A DNA stretch of 64,000 nt. Source: Escherichia coli. GTDB taxonomy: Bacteria; Pseudomonadota; Gammaproteobacteria; Enterobacterales; Enterobacteriaceae. The translations under genes and the position numbers were made by a program. Of the stretch, positions 54,801-64,000 are shown one piece after another. A model generated the notes under the pieces. It saw only the letters and a list, made by a program, of their open reading frames with translations, was not told the DNA's origin and made no database searches. The stretch is taken from NCBI RefSeq assembly GCF_046105845.1, contig NZ_CP151004.1. One strand, 5' to 3'. The first letter of the stretch is position 1, and the number at the start of each line of letters is the position of its first letter.

Positions 54801-55172
54801 GGTTACCACCACTGAATGTTTCTTTTCCAGCAAAGCTTTCCAACTGGCTAACTGGTGTGTAAAAGGCTTCCAGTCAGCACCAAATCGGTACCGGCCATTA
54901 CTCTGATCATCCAGTGAATCAACCACTGCTTTGCTCAACAATGCGTTGCCTTCCGTCAGACTGCGCATCGTGTGGTTTGACTCCTTCCAGCCAAACATTT
55001 GCTGGAATACCGGAGAAGCAAGGAATGAGCCCGGTTTCCCACAATCAGCCCCCATTTGTTGCGCGAGATGTTCACGCAGCTGCGGGTTGGTTACGCCCAT
55101 GATACTGAGCGTTGCTTCAGTTGAACGAGACAACGATTGTTCAATAAGTGACGAAAAATAGCGTGTAGTCAT
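48828..55172 (-). CDS. Large SF2 helicase with C-terminal Cys clusters (DUF1998-like); candidate DruE of a Druantia type III-like system
   Basis: 2114 aa; Walker [16 protein letters not shown] (aa ~125-135), DEAH box IVLDEAHTY (~262-269), motif III ATSAT, motif [10 protein letters not shown]; Cys pairs CHKCG...CSNSACG and CLSCG. Confidence 0.85.
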   Translation of the reverse strand: MTTRYFSSLIEQSLSRSTEATLSIMGVTNPQLREHLAQQMGADCGKPGSFLASPVFQQMFGWKESNHTMRSLTEGNALLSKAVVDSLDDQSNGRYRFGADWKPFTHQLASWKALLEKKHSVVVTSGTGSGKTECFMVPVLEDLYRELHENGNNPLVGVRALFLYPLNALINSQRERLDAWTRGFGTGIRYCLYNGNTENLHASVKSEQAKRPNEVLSREKMREEPAPILVTNGTMLEYMMVRQVDAPIIQQSKAQKSLRWIVLDEAHTYVGSQAAELALQLRRVMTAFGVTPDDVRFVATSATIAGSDVEKQLKKFLSELSGIPKERIDVLDGSRVIPELEPSKNVSLPLDEIEQIPDLDLRDKNDNKIKGISPDRFYALTHSPEARYIREMLVKQPNPMKLDEITERLNVLTKQHYSQQEVLRWIDVCSGTQPNAKDPAFLKVRAHIFQRNTQGIWACVDKDCRLKHGTPLEKGWPFGYVYVNQRQNCDCGSPVYEVAFCNDCNEPHLLAQDKKGKLVQWENKGGDEFSLQDEVPVEHDTTEEKVEKENSFQPPLIIAAGETSETGYTLQRLDRQTRRIGVINNDSIPLIINDIEQVCSASGCGYRGMSGKQPFRRALLGGPFYVTNIVPTVLEYCQDFASDEGKEGVGPDSLPGRGRRLITFTDSRQGTARMAVRMQQEAERSRLRGSVVEILSWHQRTQTPTAPNANADLEKLATRVKQAREQAEEYRSWGLPDQAKLSEAQAEQLEQAYQSAIGGKAAITLVSRTWTEMVNELKERADIRGPVLQYNHYLKPEVFNENGGPLKLSEMLLFREFMRRPKRTNSLETQGLVQVGYLGLEKIHKIPLHWQEKGLTLDDWRDFLKVTLDHYVRESNFTQLDDELKNWIGSRFSSKFVRNPESKDPEDNQNRRWPQIRNGNVSHRLAKLLMLGAGFKTVNTATIDIINTWLKEAWAQLTGPLAVLKPDGNRFYLPKEHMTFSLITDAWICPVTNKILDTAFKGLTPYLPTHISFEHLTQAQYDTFVAQKVTMPEIWKLDRSQEDYAEGLAKARDWVSNDPLIAQLRSENVWTDINDRVVEGGFYYRTAEHSAQQSSERLQSYEKMFKNGQLNVLNCSTTMEMGVDIGGITAVVMNNVPPHPANYLQRAGRAGRSKESRAISYTLCKGNPHDQQVFANPLWPFETMIPAPMVAMNSARLVQRHVNALLLSDFLCNVIGETDKEKTSLDSLWFFGEDDGQSKCERFKVWLERPVLDIDTALERLVKGTALHGARAEYLRDKTINAITFLQQRWLSVYRDLVTQERESQPQTPYRKRIELEKKRHCGEYLLRDLAARTFLPGYGFPTDVVTFDNFTMEDYIREKSQKSRDKKDREDNVSRYKGLPSRNLGVAIREYAPGAEIILDGRVFRSAGVSLHWHNINADTNEAQRLDCAWRCHKCGTIGYEEGMSSSGMLFCSNSACGEKIIMDNRRQVLQPAGFVTDAHAPVTNNIETMKFVPVVPAWVFVKAEPVPLPNPLMGYMASGADGHVFQQSLGEGGHGYALCLSCGRAESMLNENDAPKSMEAHYPPRPGKADRDSQNHRLICPGSTALMKNVTLGALARTDVFEMVLRKPQNGEYLPDNTEEGRIVAMTLAVALRQALAGVLGISAAELGYSVRPVRLEDGQSVLAVQLYDVISGGAGFASSAPVHIEAILQGMVKQLGCRHCETACSECLLDSQTRHDHDLLDRKAALAWLGDDFTYYIGLPDEETFSLPDARYCPGAIGDTIRRAINEGAEKLTLWMTGAPNEWDLYARQFRAAVQNYRLKDNVEVDLVIPAGVDDPDLLHELSQFTALGVRLCHVEQDLKLPIVAQVTFADRVMTLASRSQQATIPGPEWHLNDELVVRSLGYKTVELNEFILPAKAANAVERVKDIQIHKQLNGPLSQFGQRFWDVLFNDHEEAQSLMNNTRITGVHYTDRYLQNPVALALLGSILRPLKTKLTDGAEVTLDTLFKDKDRPGNRPFHDWMSIADFQDFADQWFAAALGRPVELTVFDSPRDIPHHRKLTVTFDDGQVLKIRFDQGMGYWRINFASQWHYFDFRDDVSFQLVKMAQACKEGNVANSEESWATDVLVEVIAS

Positions 55173-55184
55173 CCTTATTCCTTT

Positions 55185-58100
55185 TTATTTTTTAGCAACA
55201 TAACGCAACAGGCTGCACTGAAAGATGGTCTTAAACCAGCGGGAATCGAAGTCCCTGACTTGCCTCAGGAAAAATACGGCACCGGGTTTACGGTCAAATA
55301 CAGCTTCAAAAGAAGTATTTCCGCTTGCCACAGCTGCAGCGAAGACGGGTAACCAGGCCACGGAATAGCGGTGATTTGCGTCAGGATTAATACCAATCAC
55401 TGGCTTTTTTTGTGACATCATCCATTTATACAGACGCTTGCAGCCATATTCAGGCCAGCGAGCTTCACTGTGCTCACGTAAAAGCTCCTGATACCACCCG
55501 TGGACACAAGATTCAGGAATAGACGGAGGGAGATATCCGTTACTTAACCATTTCTCAATTTCATCGGCATATGTCGGGAACACGAGCCCCAGCCGTTGAA
55601 ACATATTAGTAACCAGTAATTTCTGGGTTTCCTCCGGTGCACCTTTTTGGCTCAGGAACAATTTGAAACGCTCAGATGCAGCTTTGATCTCAAAGATGGG
55701 GAAAAACTCCCATAGAATAGGGAACTCATTCTCAATACGACTCAGGTACTCTGCTGACATTTCAAATTTGAAGAGCGACATTGCCAATGCCTGCGGATGC
55801 TGCACCAGTGCACGCCATACTTCAAAGGTTGCCAGTGGTAAATACCCGAATTGATCGTACAGGCTACGCATAAATTGCCAGCCGGAATGGGCAGGATCGT
55901 TAGCCATCTGTCCGAGAACCAGTGTGATGGTATTAACTTCTGCCTGTGGATTAAAAAGCTGGGTCGCTTTCTGCAATGAGCGGATGTTGCTTTCTTCTAC
56001 CGGTAACGAAGATTCGCCACGAATGAAGCAGGGACGAAAAGCCATCTCTTCACCCGGTTTAGGGACAACCAACCACGGTCCATTTTTGTTAACGATTGAG
56101 CTCAACTCATATTCACCGACAGGCACTCCCTCGCTCATTCTAGATGCTAAGGGAATGGATTTCCTCTCGGGTTCACTTAACAGCATGATAACGGGGGAAG
56201 GAATCTGCCCAGCACGATGGTTCACTGACTGGCTGAGTAATAGTTCTTTTTCATAATCATAGCGCAGGCTGTATTTATAGCGACGAATTTGCCAGGCCAT
56301 GACCACACCTGCCCCCGTAATACGCATCTCAACAACCTGATCAATACCTGCCTCAAGTGAAATCAGGTTCTCAATATGTTCGCGAAGACTATAGAGATTC
56401 AATTCAACAGGACGATCGCTCAACGCCGTATAACACCATTCATGCCATGCCTGTAATCCACTAACGGAGCGCAAATACAACTGCAATGTATATTTTGTCG
56501 GCTCACCATTTCTGGAGAACAGAAACGCTCTGGAACCCAGCAGATCATGCAGCGTAATGTTTTTATCCAGAGGACGTCCGTTTACATCAAGAGCGAGACA
56601 GCCTTTAGCGGGAAAAGGTAACTCAATGTCGATGGGGTCAGCCGCCAAATTAGGCAGAACTTGTAATGTAATAAATGCCGGAGGTACCCCTTCCGCTTTA
56701 AGTTGTATCTCTGTTCGCCCCTCAGTACGCTTACGTGTAGCCTCCAATGTTTTATCTTTAAGTTTTGCTACACAAGGATGCTGTGTGGTGATTAAGATAG
56801 TGCCTTCATTTGCGTGCATTCCACCTTTTATCTCAATACTGAAATCAGCAGGCAAGATACCGATTTTGCGACGCAAGAGCGTTTCATTGTTACTATTACG
56901 GATAGAAAGATATTGAGCCCCCAGCATCTCTTGTATATGACATTGCTCAATTGAAATTCCGCTCAGGTAACGCGTTACATCAATGCTTTGAATATCCGGT
57001 AGTGTAGAAATGACTTTTGGTACACCAATAAATGTTTCATCTGGATGACAAACCCAGCTTGCACGCTTTCCATTTAGAGCAAACCTTCCGATGCTGATTT
57101 GTTCTCTTCCGGTGCGAATCCGATAAGTTTCATTTGCTGTAACTGTAACGTCCTGACATCCCTTCACAGGTAGTGCTTTTAGTCCTAATACGTTTACTGC
57201 GCTCGATTGGCCATCAAAACCAGCAACATTGCTATTATCCCGAGGGAGTACAATCAGAACATCGCTGCTTCGCACACTGCAAGAAGCCTGTCCCTGTAAC
57301 AGCCATTGATCTGCATCAACGATGAAGGTTAACGGCACCTCACCAATGGCAATTTCACTGTCATCAAGTTTAATGCTCCCAACAATCATCCCTCCAGCAC
57401 GAGCCACTAATGACAAACCTGCCGATGGATTTTGCCTGACAAATCTCACTTCGCTTTTACGTAATCGAACTGTTGCCTGTCTGTTTTCCAGGGAAGCATA
57501 GGCTGGCCCAAGGCCAGAGACTTCCTCACCATCTTCACAAATGGCAAGTTCAAAGCGCGTAGTTGACGGCTCGCTTGTTACAGGAAAGGAAACTTCGTCC
57601 GGAAGAGATACTATCACCCTAAGCTCATCTGGATGCTTTTCTGACCAATAGAATTGGCAACGCGTACTCTTATTTTTTTGTAGTCGAGGCTTAGCCTCTA
57701 CAGAGGCTGCGCATAGCAGTCCATTCAAAAAATGCGTTCCTGTTTCATCATCTAACGGTATTGGAAACTCGCTTCGCCAGGTAGGGTGAACCTTCTCAAG
57801 CTGTTGTACTGGTTCTTTGTGATTTATTAGGTTGTGAGTAAGTACTAAGGAATTGAGGTTATCAGCCATATGACTGATAAGTTCTACAGAGGTATCTTCG
57901 CTAAAAACAGTTGGCAGCGCTGATTTTTCTATGACAGCTCTTGCCAGCGAAAGGGCAGAAAAACCTGACTGCTTTGCTTGCTCATATTGTCCAAGGATCC
58001 TGGAGAAAACAGCCAGAAAGCGACTGTCTGATTCTTTGAGTAGCCGGAAAGGTAAACCACCTTCACTGAATAATGTTCCGAGAAAATTGCGTCGTTCAGA

Positions 58101-58475
58101 TTCATAAAATCGAATTGGGCGCAGCCAGTAATCTTCCATCCCTTTCGGTACGATAGTACCAAGCTCTGTGGCGGTGAATGAAATCCCTATTTTTTTATAT
58201 ATAGGGTCCCACGTCCATCCGCATTGCCGTTCATAATCCCTGCGGTACCACTCAGAGCAAAAAAGAACAAAACAGGCAGCAAAGTCCCTATTACATATAT
58301 TAGATTGTGATTGATCGACCGCACGGAGTAGCTGCGTTAATTGGGTATATTCATCATTGGTTGCATGATATTCATAAAGAGGACGGCCATCCGGTTGTCT
58401 CAACCCTCTAAGATTCACAAAGTTACTTAGCCAGGAAGTACATTTTACCCATGAAATGTATTCTGATTGACCCAA
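55185..58475 (-). CDS. Large protein with no recognisable motif; candidate DruH-like partner of the helicase
   Basis: ORF 55185..58523 (GTG); preferred TTG start at 58475 preceded by AAGGAG with 6-nt spacer; 12-bp gap to downstream helicase gene. Confidence 0.8.
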   Translation of the reverse strand: MGQSEYISWVKCTSWLSNFVNLRGLRQPDGRPLYEYHATNDEYTQLTQLLRAVDQSQSNICNRDFAACFVLFCSEWYRRDYERQCGWTWDPIYKKIGISFTATELGTIVPKGMEDYWLRPIRFYESERRNFLGTLFSEGGLPFRLLKESDSRFLAVFSRILGQYEQAKQSGFSALSLARAVIEKSALPTVFSEDTSVELISHMADNLNSLVLTHNLINHKEPVQQLEKVHPTWRSEFPIPLDDETGTHFLNGLLCAASVEAKPRLQKNKSTRCQFYWSEKHPDELRVIVSLPDEVSFPVTSEPSTTRFELAICEDGEEVSGLGPAYASLENRQATVRLRKSEVRFVRQNPSAGLSLVARAGGMIVGSIKLDDSEIAIGEVPLTFIVDADQWLLQGQASCSVRSSDVLIVLPRDNSNVAGFDGQSSAVNVLGLKALPVKGCQDVTVTANETYRIRTGREQISIGRFALNGKRASWVCHPDETFIGVPKVISTLPDIQSIDVTRYLSGISIEQCHIQEMLGAQYLSIRNSNNETLLRRKIGILPADFSIEIKGGMHANEGTILITTQHPCVAKLKDKTLEATRKRTEGRTEIQLKAEGVPPAFITLQVLPNLAADPIDIELPFPAKGCLALDVNGRPLDKNITLHDLLGSRAFLFSRNGEPTKYTLQLYLRSVSGLQAWHEWCYTALSDRPVELNLYSLREHIENLISLEAGIDQVVEMRITGAGVVMAWQIRRYKYSLRYDYEKELLLSQSVNHRAGQIPSPVIMLLSEPERKSIPLASRMSEGVPVGEYELSSIVNKNGPWLVVPKPGEEMAFRPCFIRGESSLPVEESNIRSLQKATQLFNPQAEVNTITLVLGQMANDPAHSGWQFMRSLYDQFGYLPLATFEVWRALVQHPQALAMSLFKFEMSAEYLSRIENEFPILWEFFPIFEIKAASERFKLFLSQKGAPEETQKLLVTNMFQRLGLVFPTYADEIEKWLSNGYLPPSIPESCVHGWYQELLREHSEARWPEYGCKRLYKWMMSQKKPVIGINPDANHRYSVAWLPVFAAAVASGNTSFEAVFDRKPGAVFFLRQVRDFDSRWFKTIFQCSLLRYVAKK

Positions 58476-58973
58476 AGCAAGCTCCTTAGAGATAAAAGAT
58501 ACAAAAACAAAACCCCACAACACTTCTAATTTGAAAGAAAACTTTTCAAAATATCGTATAATTAATCAGGCGGCAACAACTAATTTTTCAGGTCGGTACT
58601 ATAAATTAATTTTAGATAAAAATGATATCAACCATCTATTAATCACAACTCATTTATCACCTGGTTTTATAATTTCAAATGAAAATAAATCTCAAACAAT
58701 CAAAAAGTATGCAGTAGCTAACATTTAACTTTCCAGGATATAAAACAATTAGAGAAACTGCACAATAGCGAATAATGAAAGTTGTAAAGTCAGTCAAAAA
58801 ACACAAGCAATCAGTGTGCGTTTTTTGACCGTTATCGACATGAGTTTAAAGAGTTTAGTGAAGAAGATATTCCTGTACACTCCATACCTATTGATGAATT
58901 GTCTCGGGAAAATTTTTATAACTTAATTTAAAAACATAAAAACGTTTTATTATATATAAATCTATACCCCCCC

Positions 58974-59138
58974 TCACTCCACATCCTCCCTGCGTAACCC
59001 AATATCCCTCAACCGCTCATCACTCATCTGCTGTAACACCCGCCGGGCCTGCATTTGCCGCCGCCAACGCCTCACTGCCTGCCAGAGTTGCACAAGTCCA
59101 ATAAACGGTGCTTTAGCTTTGTTTTCGTGAAATTCCAT
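58974..59138 (-). CDS. yjiS: Small protein YjiS (DUF1127)
   Basis: 54 aa hand-translated: MEFHENKAKAPFIGLVQLWQAVRRWRRQMQARRVLQQMSDERLRDIGLRREDVE; below ORF-track size cut-off. Confidence 0.85.
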   Translation of the reverse strand: MEFHENKAKAPFIGLVQLWQAVRRWRRQMQARRVLQQMSDERLRDIGLRREDVE

Positions 59139-59314
59139 CTGCTGCCTCCTCATCTTTCAGAGGCTTCATCATCCGTCTTCTGGCAGTTCACAATACAGAT
59201 GCAAATATTAGTTTTATTTAACATACAGACAGGTTAAAACAGCATCTGCATCCGGTTTTTTAGCCTCATCTGTACCGGTTTTTCTCTCTGTATGGTCCAA
59301 ATAAGGAACACAGC

Positions 59315-60727
59315 ATGACGCGTTATCAACATCTGGCGACTCTACTTGCCGAGCGGATTGAGCAGGGGCTGTATCGTCACGGGGAGAAATTGCCGTCGGT
59401 GCGCAGCTTAAGTCAGGAGCACGGCGTCAGTATCAGCACCGTGCAGCAAGCGTACCAGACGCTGGAGACGATGAAGCTCATCACTCCGCAGCCGCGTTCG
59501 GGTTATTTTGTCGCACAACGTAAAGCCCAGCCGCCAGTGCCGCCGATGACGCGTCCGGTGCAGCGCCCGGTGGAAATAACCCAGTGGGATCAGGTGCTGG
59601 ACATGCTGGAGGCGCATAGCGACAGTTCCATTGTTCCGTTAAGCAAAAGCACGCCGGATGTCGAAACGCCCAGCCTGAAACCGCTCTGGCGGGAGCTAAG
59701 CCGGGTGGTGCAGCATAATCTGCAAACCGTTCTCGGTTATGACTTGTTAGCCGGTCAGCGGGTATTGCGCGAGCAGATTGCCCGCCTGATGCTCGACAGC
59801 GGCTCGGTAGTCACCGCCGATGACATCATCATTACCAGCGGCTGCCATAATTCGATGTCGATGGCGTTAATGGCGGTGTGTAAACCGGGCGATATTGTCG
59901 CGGTCGAATCCCCCTGTTATTACGGTTCGATGCAGATGCTGCGCGGCATGGGCGTGAAAGTGATTGAAATCCCAACCGATCCAGAAACTGGCATCAGCGT
60001 TGAAGCGCTGGAATTGGCGCTGGAACAGTGGCCGATTAAAGGCATCATTCTGGTGCCAAACTGTAATAATCCGCTGGGATTTATTATGCCGGACGCGCGC
60101 AAACGGGCCGTTCTCTCGCTCGCTCAGCGTCATGATATTGTGATTTTTGAAGATGATGTCTACGGCGAACTGGCGACGGAGTATCCGCGCCCGCGGACCA
60201 TTCATTCCTGGGATATCGACGGGCGAGTGCTACTGTGCAGCTCGTTCAGTAAAAGTATTGCACCTGGCCTGCGCGTGGGTTGGGTCGCACCGGGGCGTTA
60301 TCACGATAAACTGATGCATATGAAATACGCCATCAGCAGCTTTAATGTGCCGTCCACGCAAATGGCGGCGGCAACGTTTGTGCTGGAAGGTCACTATCAT
60401 CGCCATATCCGGCGGATGCGGCAGATCTATCAGCGCAATCTGGCACTTTATACCTGCTGGATACGGGAATATTTTCCCTGCGAAATCTGTATTACGCGCC
60501 CGAAAGGCGGATTTTTACTGTGGATAGAATTGCCTGAACAGGTCGATATGGTCTGCGTCGCGCGGCAGCTGTGCCGCATGAAAATCCAGGTGGCGGCAGG
60601 CTCGATTTTCTCGGCTTCCGGCAAATACCGTAATTGTCTGCGCATCAACTGCGCTTTGCCGCTCAGCGAAACCTATCGCGAAGCACTAAAACAAATTGGC
60701 GAGGCCGTGTATCGGGCAATGAAATGA
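59315..60727 (+). CDS. yjiR: MocR/GntR-family regulator with aminotransferase-like domain
   Basis: 470 aa; N-terminal GntR HTH + class I aminotransferase-like fold. Confidence 0.9.
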   Translation: MTRYQHLATLLAERIEQGLYRHGEKLPSVRSLSQEHGVSISTVQQAYQTLETMKLITPQPRSGYFVAQRKAQPPVPPMTRPVQRPVEITQWDQVLDMLEAHSDSSIVPLSKSTPDVETPSLKPLWRELSRVVQHNLQTVLGYDLLAGQRVLREQIARLMLDSGSVVTADDIIITSGCHNSMSMALMAVCKPGDIVAVESPCYYGSMQMLRGMGVKVIEIPTDPETGISVEALELALEQWPIKGIILVPNCNNPLGFIMPDARKRAVLSLAQRHDIVIFEDDVYGELATEYPRPRTIHSWDIDGRVLLCSSFSKSIAPGLRVGWVAPGRYHDKLMHMKYAISSFNVPSTQMAAATFVLEGHYHRHIRRMRQIYQRNLALYTCWIREYFPCEICITRPKGGFLLWIELPEQVDMVCVARQLCRMKIQVAAGSIFSASGKYRNCLRINCALPLSETYREALKQIGEAVYRAMK

Positions 60728-60970
60728 ATTCGAAATAGTGGCGAGCCCCCTGATTTCCTCTCACGAATAGCGTGTGACTCGTTTTAACTTTGCAGGGTCA
60801 TCTCCACGTTCCAGCATGGCTTAGGCAAAATGCGCTTCGTTCATGCCGGATGCCATGTGAACGCCTTACCAGGGCTACAAAAATCTTTAAAATTCAATAT
60901 ATTGAATTAGTTATGTAGACCTGATAAGCGTAGCACATCAGGCAGCTTTGCGTTTGTCATCAGTCTCTGA

Positions 60971-61928
60971 TTAGTACTCGATCCAAGGATCGCGCTTGCT
61001 TTCAGGCAAGGGCTGCTCTAATGCCTGCATTTGCTCTGCCGAGAGTCCGGTATATCGTTGTATCCATTCAGGATCTGCCCCATTCTGCAACAACAATCGG
61101 AGGAGGCTCCGTTCCCCTTCTACTTTCCCTTCTTTCCTCCCCCTCTCCCTTCCCAACAGCCATCCATCATTATGAATTCGCTCTGCAATCGTCATTATTC
61201 GCTCCCTTTGTTGTGGCATTCGACTGGTTAGTTCGCTGATAAACTCTTTAAAACGCGCTTCATCGCCAGTCAGTAAAATGTAATTTAACAGCGCAGTTAT
61301 CTGGCTGTCATTAGTACACTCTGTAACCAGTAATACTACCAGTTGGTCGATAAGTCCCATCAGATCGCGCTGGCGAATATGCTTTTGGATCAACTCCAAC
61401 AGGGCGACTCTGCGATGCTGCACAATCTCGTCGTCTGGCACGACAGTGACATCCACCAGCGGGAACGCGGCGTTATAAACTTTCCGTGCGGTAGCCGGGT
61501 CGGCAAATTCGTCCAGCCAGCACAGGGACCAGGGATAAGGACTACGGCTACCGTGATAAAACAGCATCGGGATGACCAGCGGTAGCGGCCGGCGTTTATC
61601 ATGCTCGATATGGCGCTGCATCACCGCCATGGAATAGCGCATAAGGCGAAACGCCATATGAATATCCTCGCGGCTCTGATGTTCAATCACTACGTAAATA
61701 TAACCATCACCTTCACGGGTCTTTACCGACCACAGAAATATCGGAATGTAGCGCCCGCAATTTTTCATCGACAAAGCTGGCGGATTCCAGTTTTAAGCTG
61801 TCGAGATCGCACAGTTCACGTAAATCTTTGGGTAAGTGGATCTCCATAAAATCCCGCGCGGTGTCAGGGTGCGTGAGAAAGGATTTAAATAATGCGTCAT
61901 GCGGCGTGCTGGTTGTGAAGTTTGTCAT
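60971..61928 (-). pseudogene. rpnD: Rpn (YhgA-like) recombination-promoting nuclease gene, frameshifted
   Basis: N-terminal 71-aa ORF (61713..61928, [18 protein letters not shown]...) and C-terminal 267-aa ORF (60971..61774, ...[13 protein letters not shown]...) overlap in different frames. Confidence 0.75.
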
Positions 61929-62405
61929 GGCGATCCGTCACCTGTAGATAAGATGGCCCGACTGTAGCGACTAACAAAACCATTCTCACCCGGCAATTTC
62001 TCGTTCCCCGAGGCGCTTTCCAGGCTATTTTTATTCTTCTGCAAACGATACATTTTTCCGGAAACAGGCTCGCATTTTACATTTCCTGTACCCGGCAGAT
62101 ATTCCCCTTTCCACCGCGCTCTTTTGATTAACCGCAAATTTTAATTACACTTAAGGTGTATATTTTCTATGCAACCCATCAATTCAAGAGGTGTAATGTG
62201 CTGATGACTATTTGTAATCGTTATACATTCTGACCTGGAGTCAGAAGGTATTTCTCTGTCTGTGTGTTCACAGGCAGTGTGGTTGATTACATGAAATTCA
62301 GTACATTTGCAGTCTCGTTGCCCTTCTCGCCTGCCTTTCGTCATTACCGACGGTATTGAATTTCGTTTTCCCCGTTGGGGTTCTCCGGACAAGGAGTTGT
62401 TTGTT

Positions 62406-63638
62406 ATGCCACGTTTTTTTGCTCGCCATGCCGCCACGTTGTTTTTCCCGATGGCGTTGATTTTGTATGACTTTGCTGCGTATCTGTCGACGGACCTGAT
62501 CCAGCCTGGGATCATTAATGTGGTCCGTGATTTTAATGCCGATGTCAGTCTGGCCCCTGCTGCCGTCAGTCTCTATCTGGCTGGAGGCATGGCGTTACAG
62601 TGGCTGCTGGGGCCGCTTTCCGACAGAATTGGCCGCAGGCCGGTGCTGATTACCGGGGCGCTAATTTTTACCCTTGCCTGCGCTGCGACAATGCTCACAA
62701 CGTCTATGACACAGTTTCTTATCGCACGTGCAATTCAGGGCACCAGTATCTGTTTTATTGCCACCGTTGGTTATGTCACGGTGCAGGAGGCGTTCGGACA
62801 GACAAAAGGGATCAAGTTGATGGCGATTATCACCTCCATCGTACTGATTGCGCCGATTATTGGCCCGCTTTCCGGCGCAGCTCTGATGCACTTTGTGCAT
62901 TGGAAAGTCCTTTTTGCCATCATTGCGGTTATGGGTTTTATCTCATTTGTTGGCTTACTGCTGGCGATGCCAGAGACGGTGAAGCGCGGCGCGGTTCCGT
63001 TTAGCGCCAAAAGCGTCTTGCGCGATTTTCGTAATGTCTTTTGCACTCGGCTGTTCCTCTTTGGCGCAGCAACCATCTCTTTAAGCTATATCCCAATGAT
63101 GAGCTGGGTGGCTGTCTCGCCGGTGATCCTGATCGACGCAGGCGGCTTAACAACTTCGCAGTTCGCCTGGACACAGGTTCCGGTGTTCGGCGCGGTGATT
63201 GTCGCGAATGCCATCGTGGCGCGTTTCGTTAAAGATCCGACCGAACCGCGGTTTATCTGGCGTGCCGTCCCCATTCAACTGGTCGGCCTCGCGCTGTTGA
63301 TTATCGGCAATCTGCTGTCGCCGCACGTCTGGCTGTGGTCGGTGCTGGGCACCAGTCTGTATGCTTTCGGGATTGGTTTGATTTTCCCGACCTTATTCCG
63401 CTTTACGCTGTTTTCCAATAACTTACCGAAAGGGACCGTCTCCGCATCGCTAAATATGGTGATCCTGATGGTGATGTCGGTCTCGGTCGAAATCGGCCGC
63501 TGGCTGTGGTTTAACGGCGGTCGCTTGCCGTTTCATCTATTAGCCGTTGTGGCGGGCGTTATCGTCGTTTTCACCCTGGCGGGATTGCTCAATCGCGTGC
63601 GCCAACATCAGGCTGCCGAGCTGGCGGAGGAGCGGTGA
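62406..63638 (+). CDS. mdtM: Multidrug efflux MFS transporter MdtM
   Basis: 410 aa from internal ATG ([22 protein letters not shown]...). Confidence 0.9.
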   Translation: MPRFFARHAATLFFPMALILYDFAAYLSTDLIQPGIINVVRDFNADVSLAPAAVSLYLAGGMALQWLLGPLSDRIGRRPVLITGALIFTLACAATMLTTSMTQFLIARAIQGTSICFIATVGYVTVQEAFGQTKGIKLMAIITSIVLIAPIIGPLSGAALMHFVHWKVLFAIIAVMGFISFVGLLLAMPETVKRGAVPFSAKSVLRDFRNVFCTRLFLFGAATISLSYIPMMSWVAVSPVILIDAGGLTTSQFAWTQVPVFGAVIVANAIVARFVKDPTEPRFIWRAVPIQLVGLALLIIGNLLSPHVWLWSVLGTSLYAFGIGLIFPTLFRFTLFSNNLPKGTVSASLNMVILMVMSVSVEIGRWLWFNGGRLPFHLLAVVAGVIVVFTLAGLLNRVRQHQAAELAEER

Positions 63639-63678
63639 TTTTTGCGCGATCCTACCGTCAGGCTCTATTCTTAACGTT

Positions 63679-64000
63679 ATGAATAAACTCATTGAACTCA
63701 GACGCGCCAAAATGTTGGCGCTCTCTTTACTGCTTATCGCCGCTGCTACCTTTGTCGTTACGCTGTTTTTGCCACCCAATTTTTGGGTGAGCGGCGTGAA
63801 GGCGATTGCTGAAGCGGCGATGGTCGGCGCACTGGCGGACTGGTTTGCGGTGGTGGCGCTGTTTCGCCGCGTGCCGATTCCGATCATTTCTCGTCATACG
63901 GCGATTATTCCGCGTAATAAAGACCGGATTGGCGAAAATCTCGGCCAGTTCGTGCAGGAAAAATTTCTCGATACCCAGTCTCTGGTGGCATTGATTCGAC
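63679..64000 (+). CDS. yjiN: Inner membrane protein YjiN (DUF445), 5' partial at window end
   Basis: ATG at 63679; [27 protein letters not shown]... runs off the window end. Confidence 0.85.
   Translation, partial: MNKLIELRRAKMLALSLLLIAAATFVVTLFLPPNFWVSGVKAIAEAAMVGALADWFAVVALFRRVPIPIISRHTAIIPRNKDRIGENLGQFVQEKFLDTQSLVALIR

Noticed and set aside
59055-59237. 60-aa plus-strand ORF
   Set aside because: Overlaps yjiS on the opposite strand, where the hand translation is clean; likely spurious.
1-64000. IS elements / transposases
   Set aside because: No transposase-like ORF or terminal inverted repeats recognised; the only mobile element seen is the prophage.

Overview
This window reads as an Escherichia coli chromosomal segment collinear with the K-12 region around 98.5-99.5 min, in reverse orientation; all calls rest on reading the ORF translations and sequence by eye, with no database search. 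Positions 1-15600 are the early and integration half of a lambdoid prophage (cold-shock gene pair, Q antiterminator, RusA, replication gene with internal iterons, cro/cI immunity region, yfdPQRST-like block, excisionase, integrase) whose integrase-side junction interrupts prfC after codon 22. The conserved backbone follows: yjjG-rimI-holD, rsmC, three tandem tRNA-Leu genes, yjjZ, fhuF, bglJ-yjjQ, yjjP-yjjB, dnaT-dnaC, yjjA, opgB, lgoD/lgoR/lgoT, tsr, btsT, yjiX-yjiA. Positions 37.8-58.5 kb are an immigration-control/defence island: mrr, a type I hsdR-hsdM-hsdS operon whose hsdS has target-recognition domains that look foreign, symE, mcrBC, and an intact two-gene locus encoding a 2114-aa SF2 helicase with Cys clusters plus an upstream ~1100-aa protein with no recognisable motif. 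That pair matches the architecture of Druantia type III (DruH-DruE) and is the strongest candidate here, though it is a described system type rather than a new one. Other leads are a low-GC PD-(D/E)xK-like gene inserted between tsr and btsT and an AT-rich prophage cargo gene between xis and int. The window ends with yjiS, yjiR, a frameshifted rpnD, mdtM and the start of yjiN. No CRISPR array, rRNA or transposase was seen.
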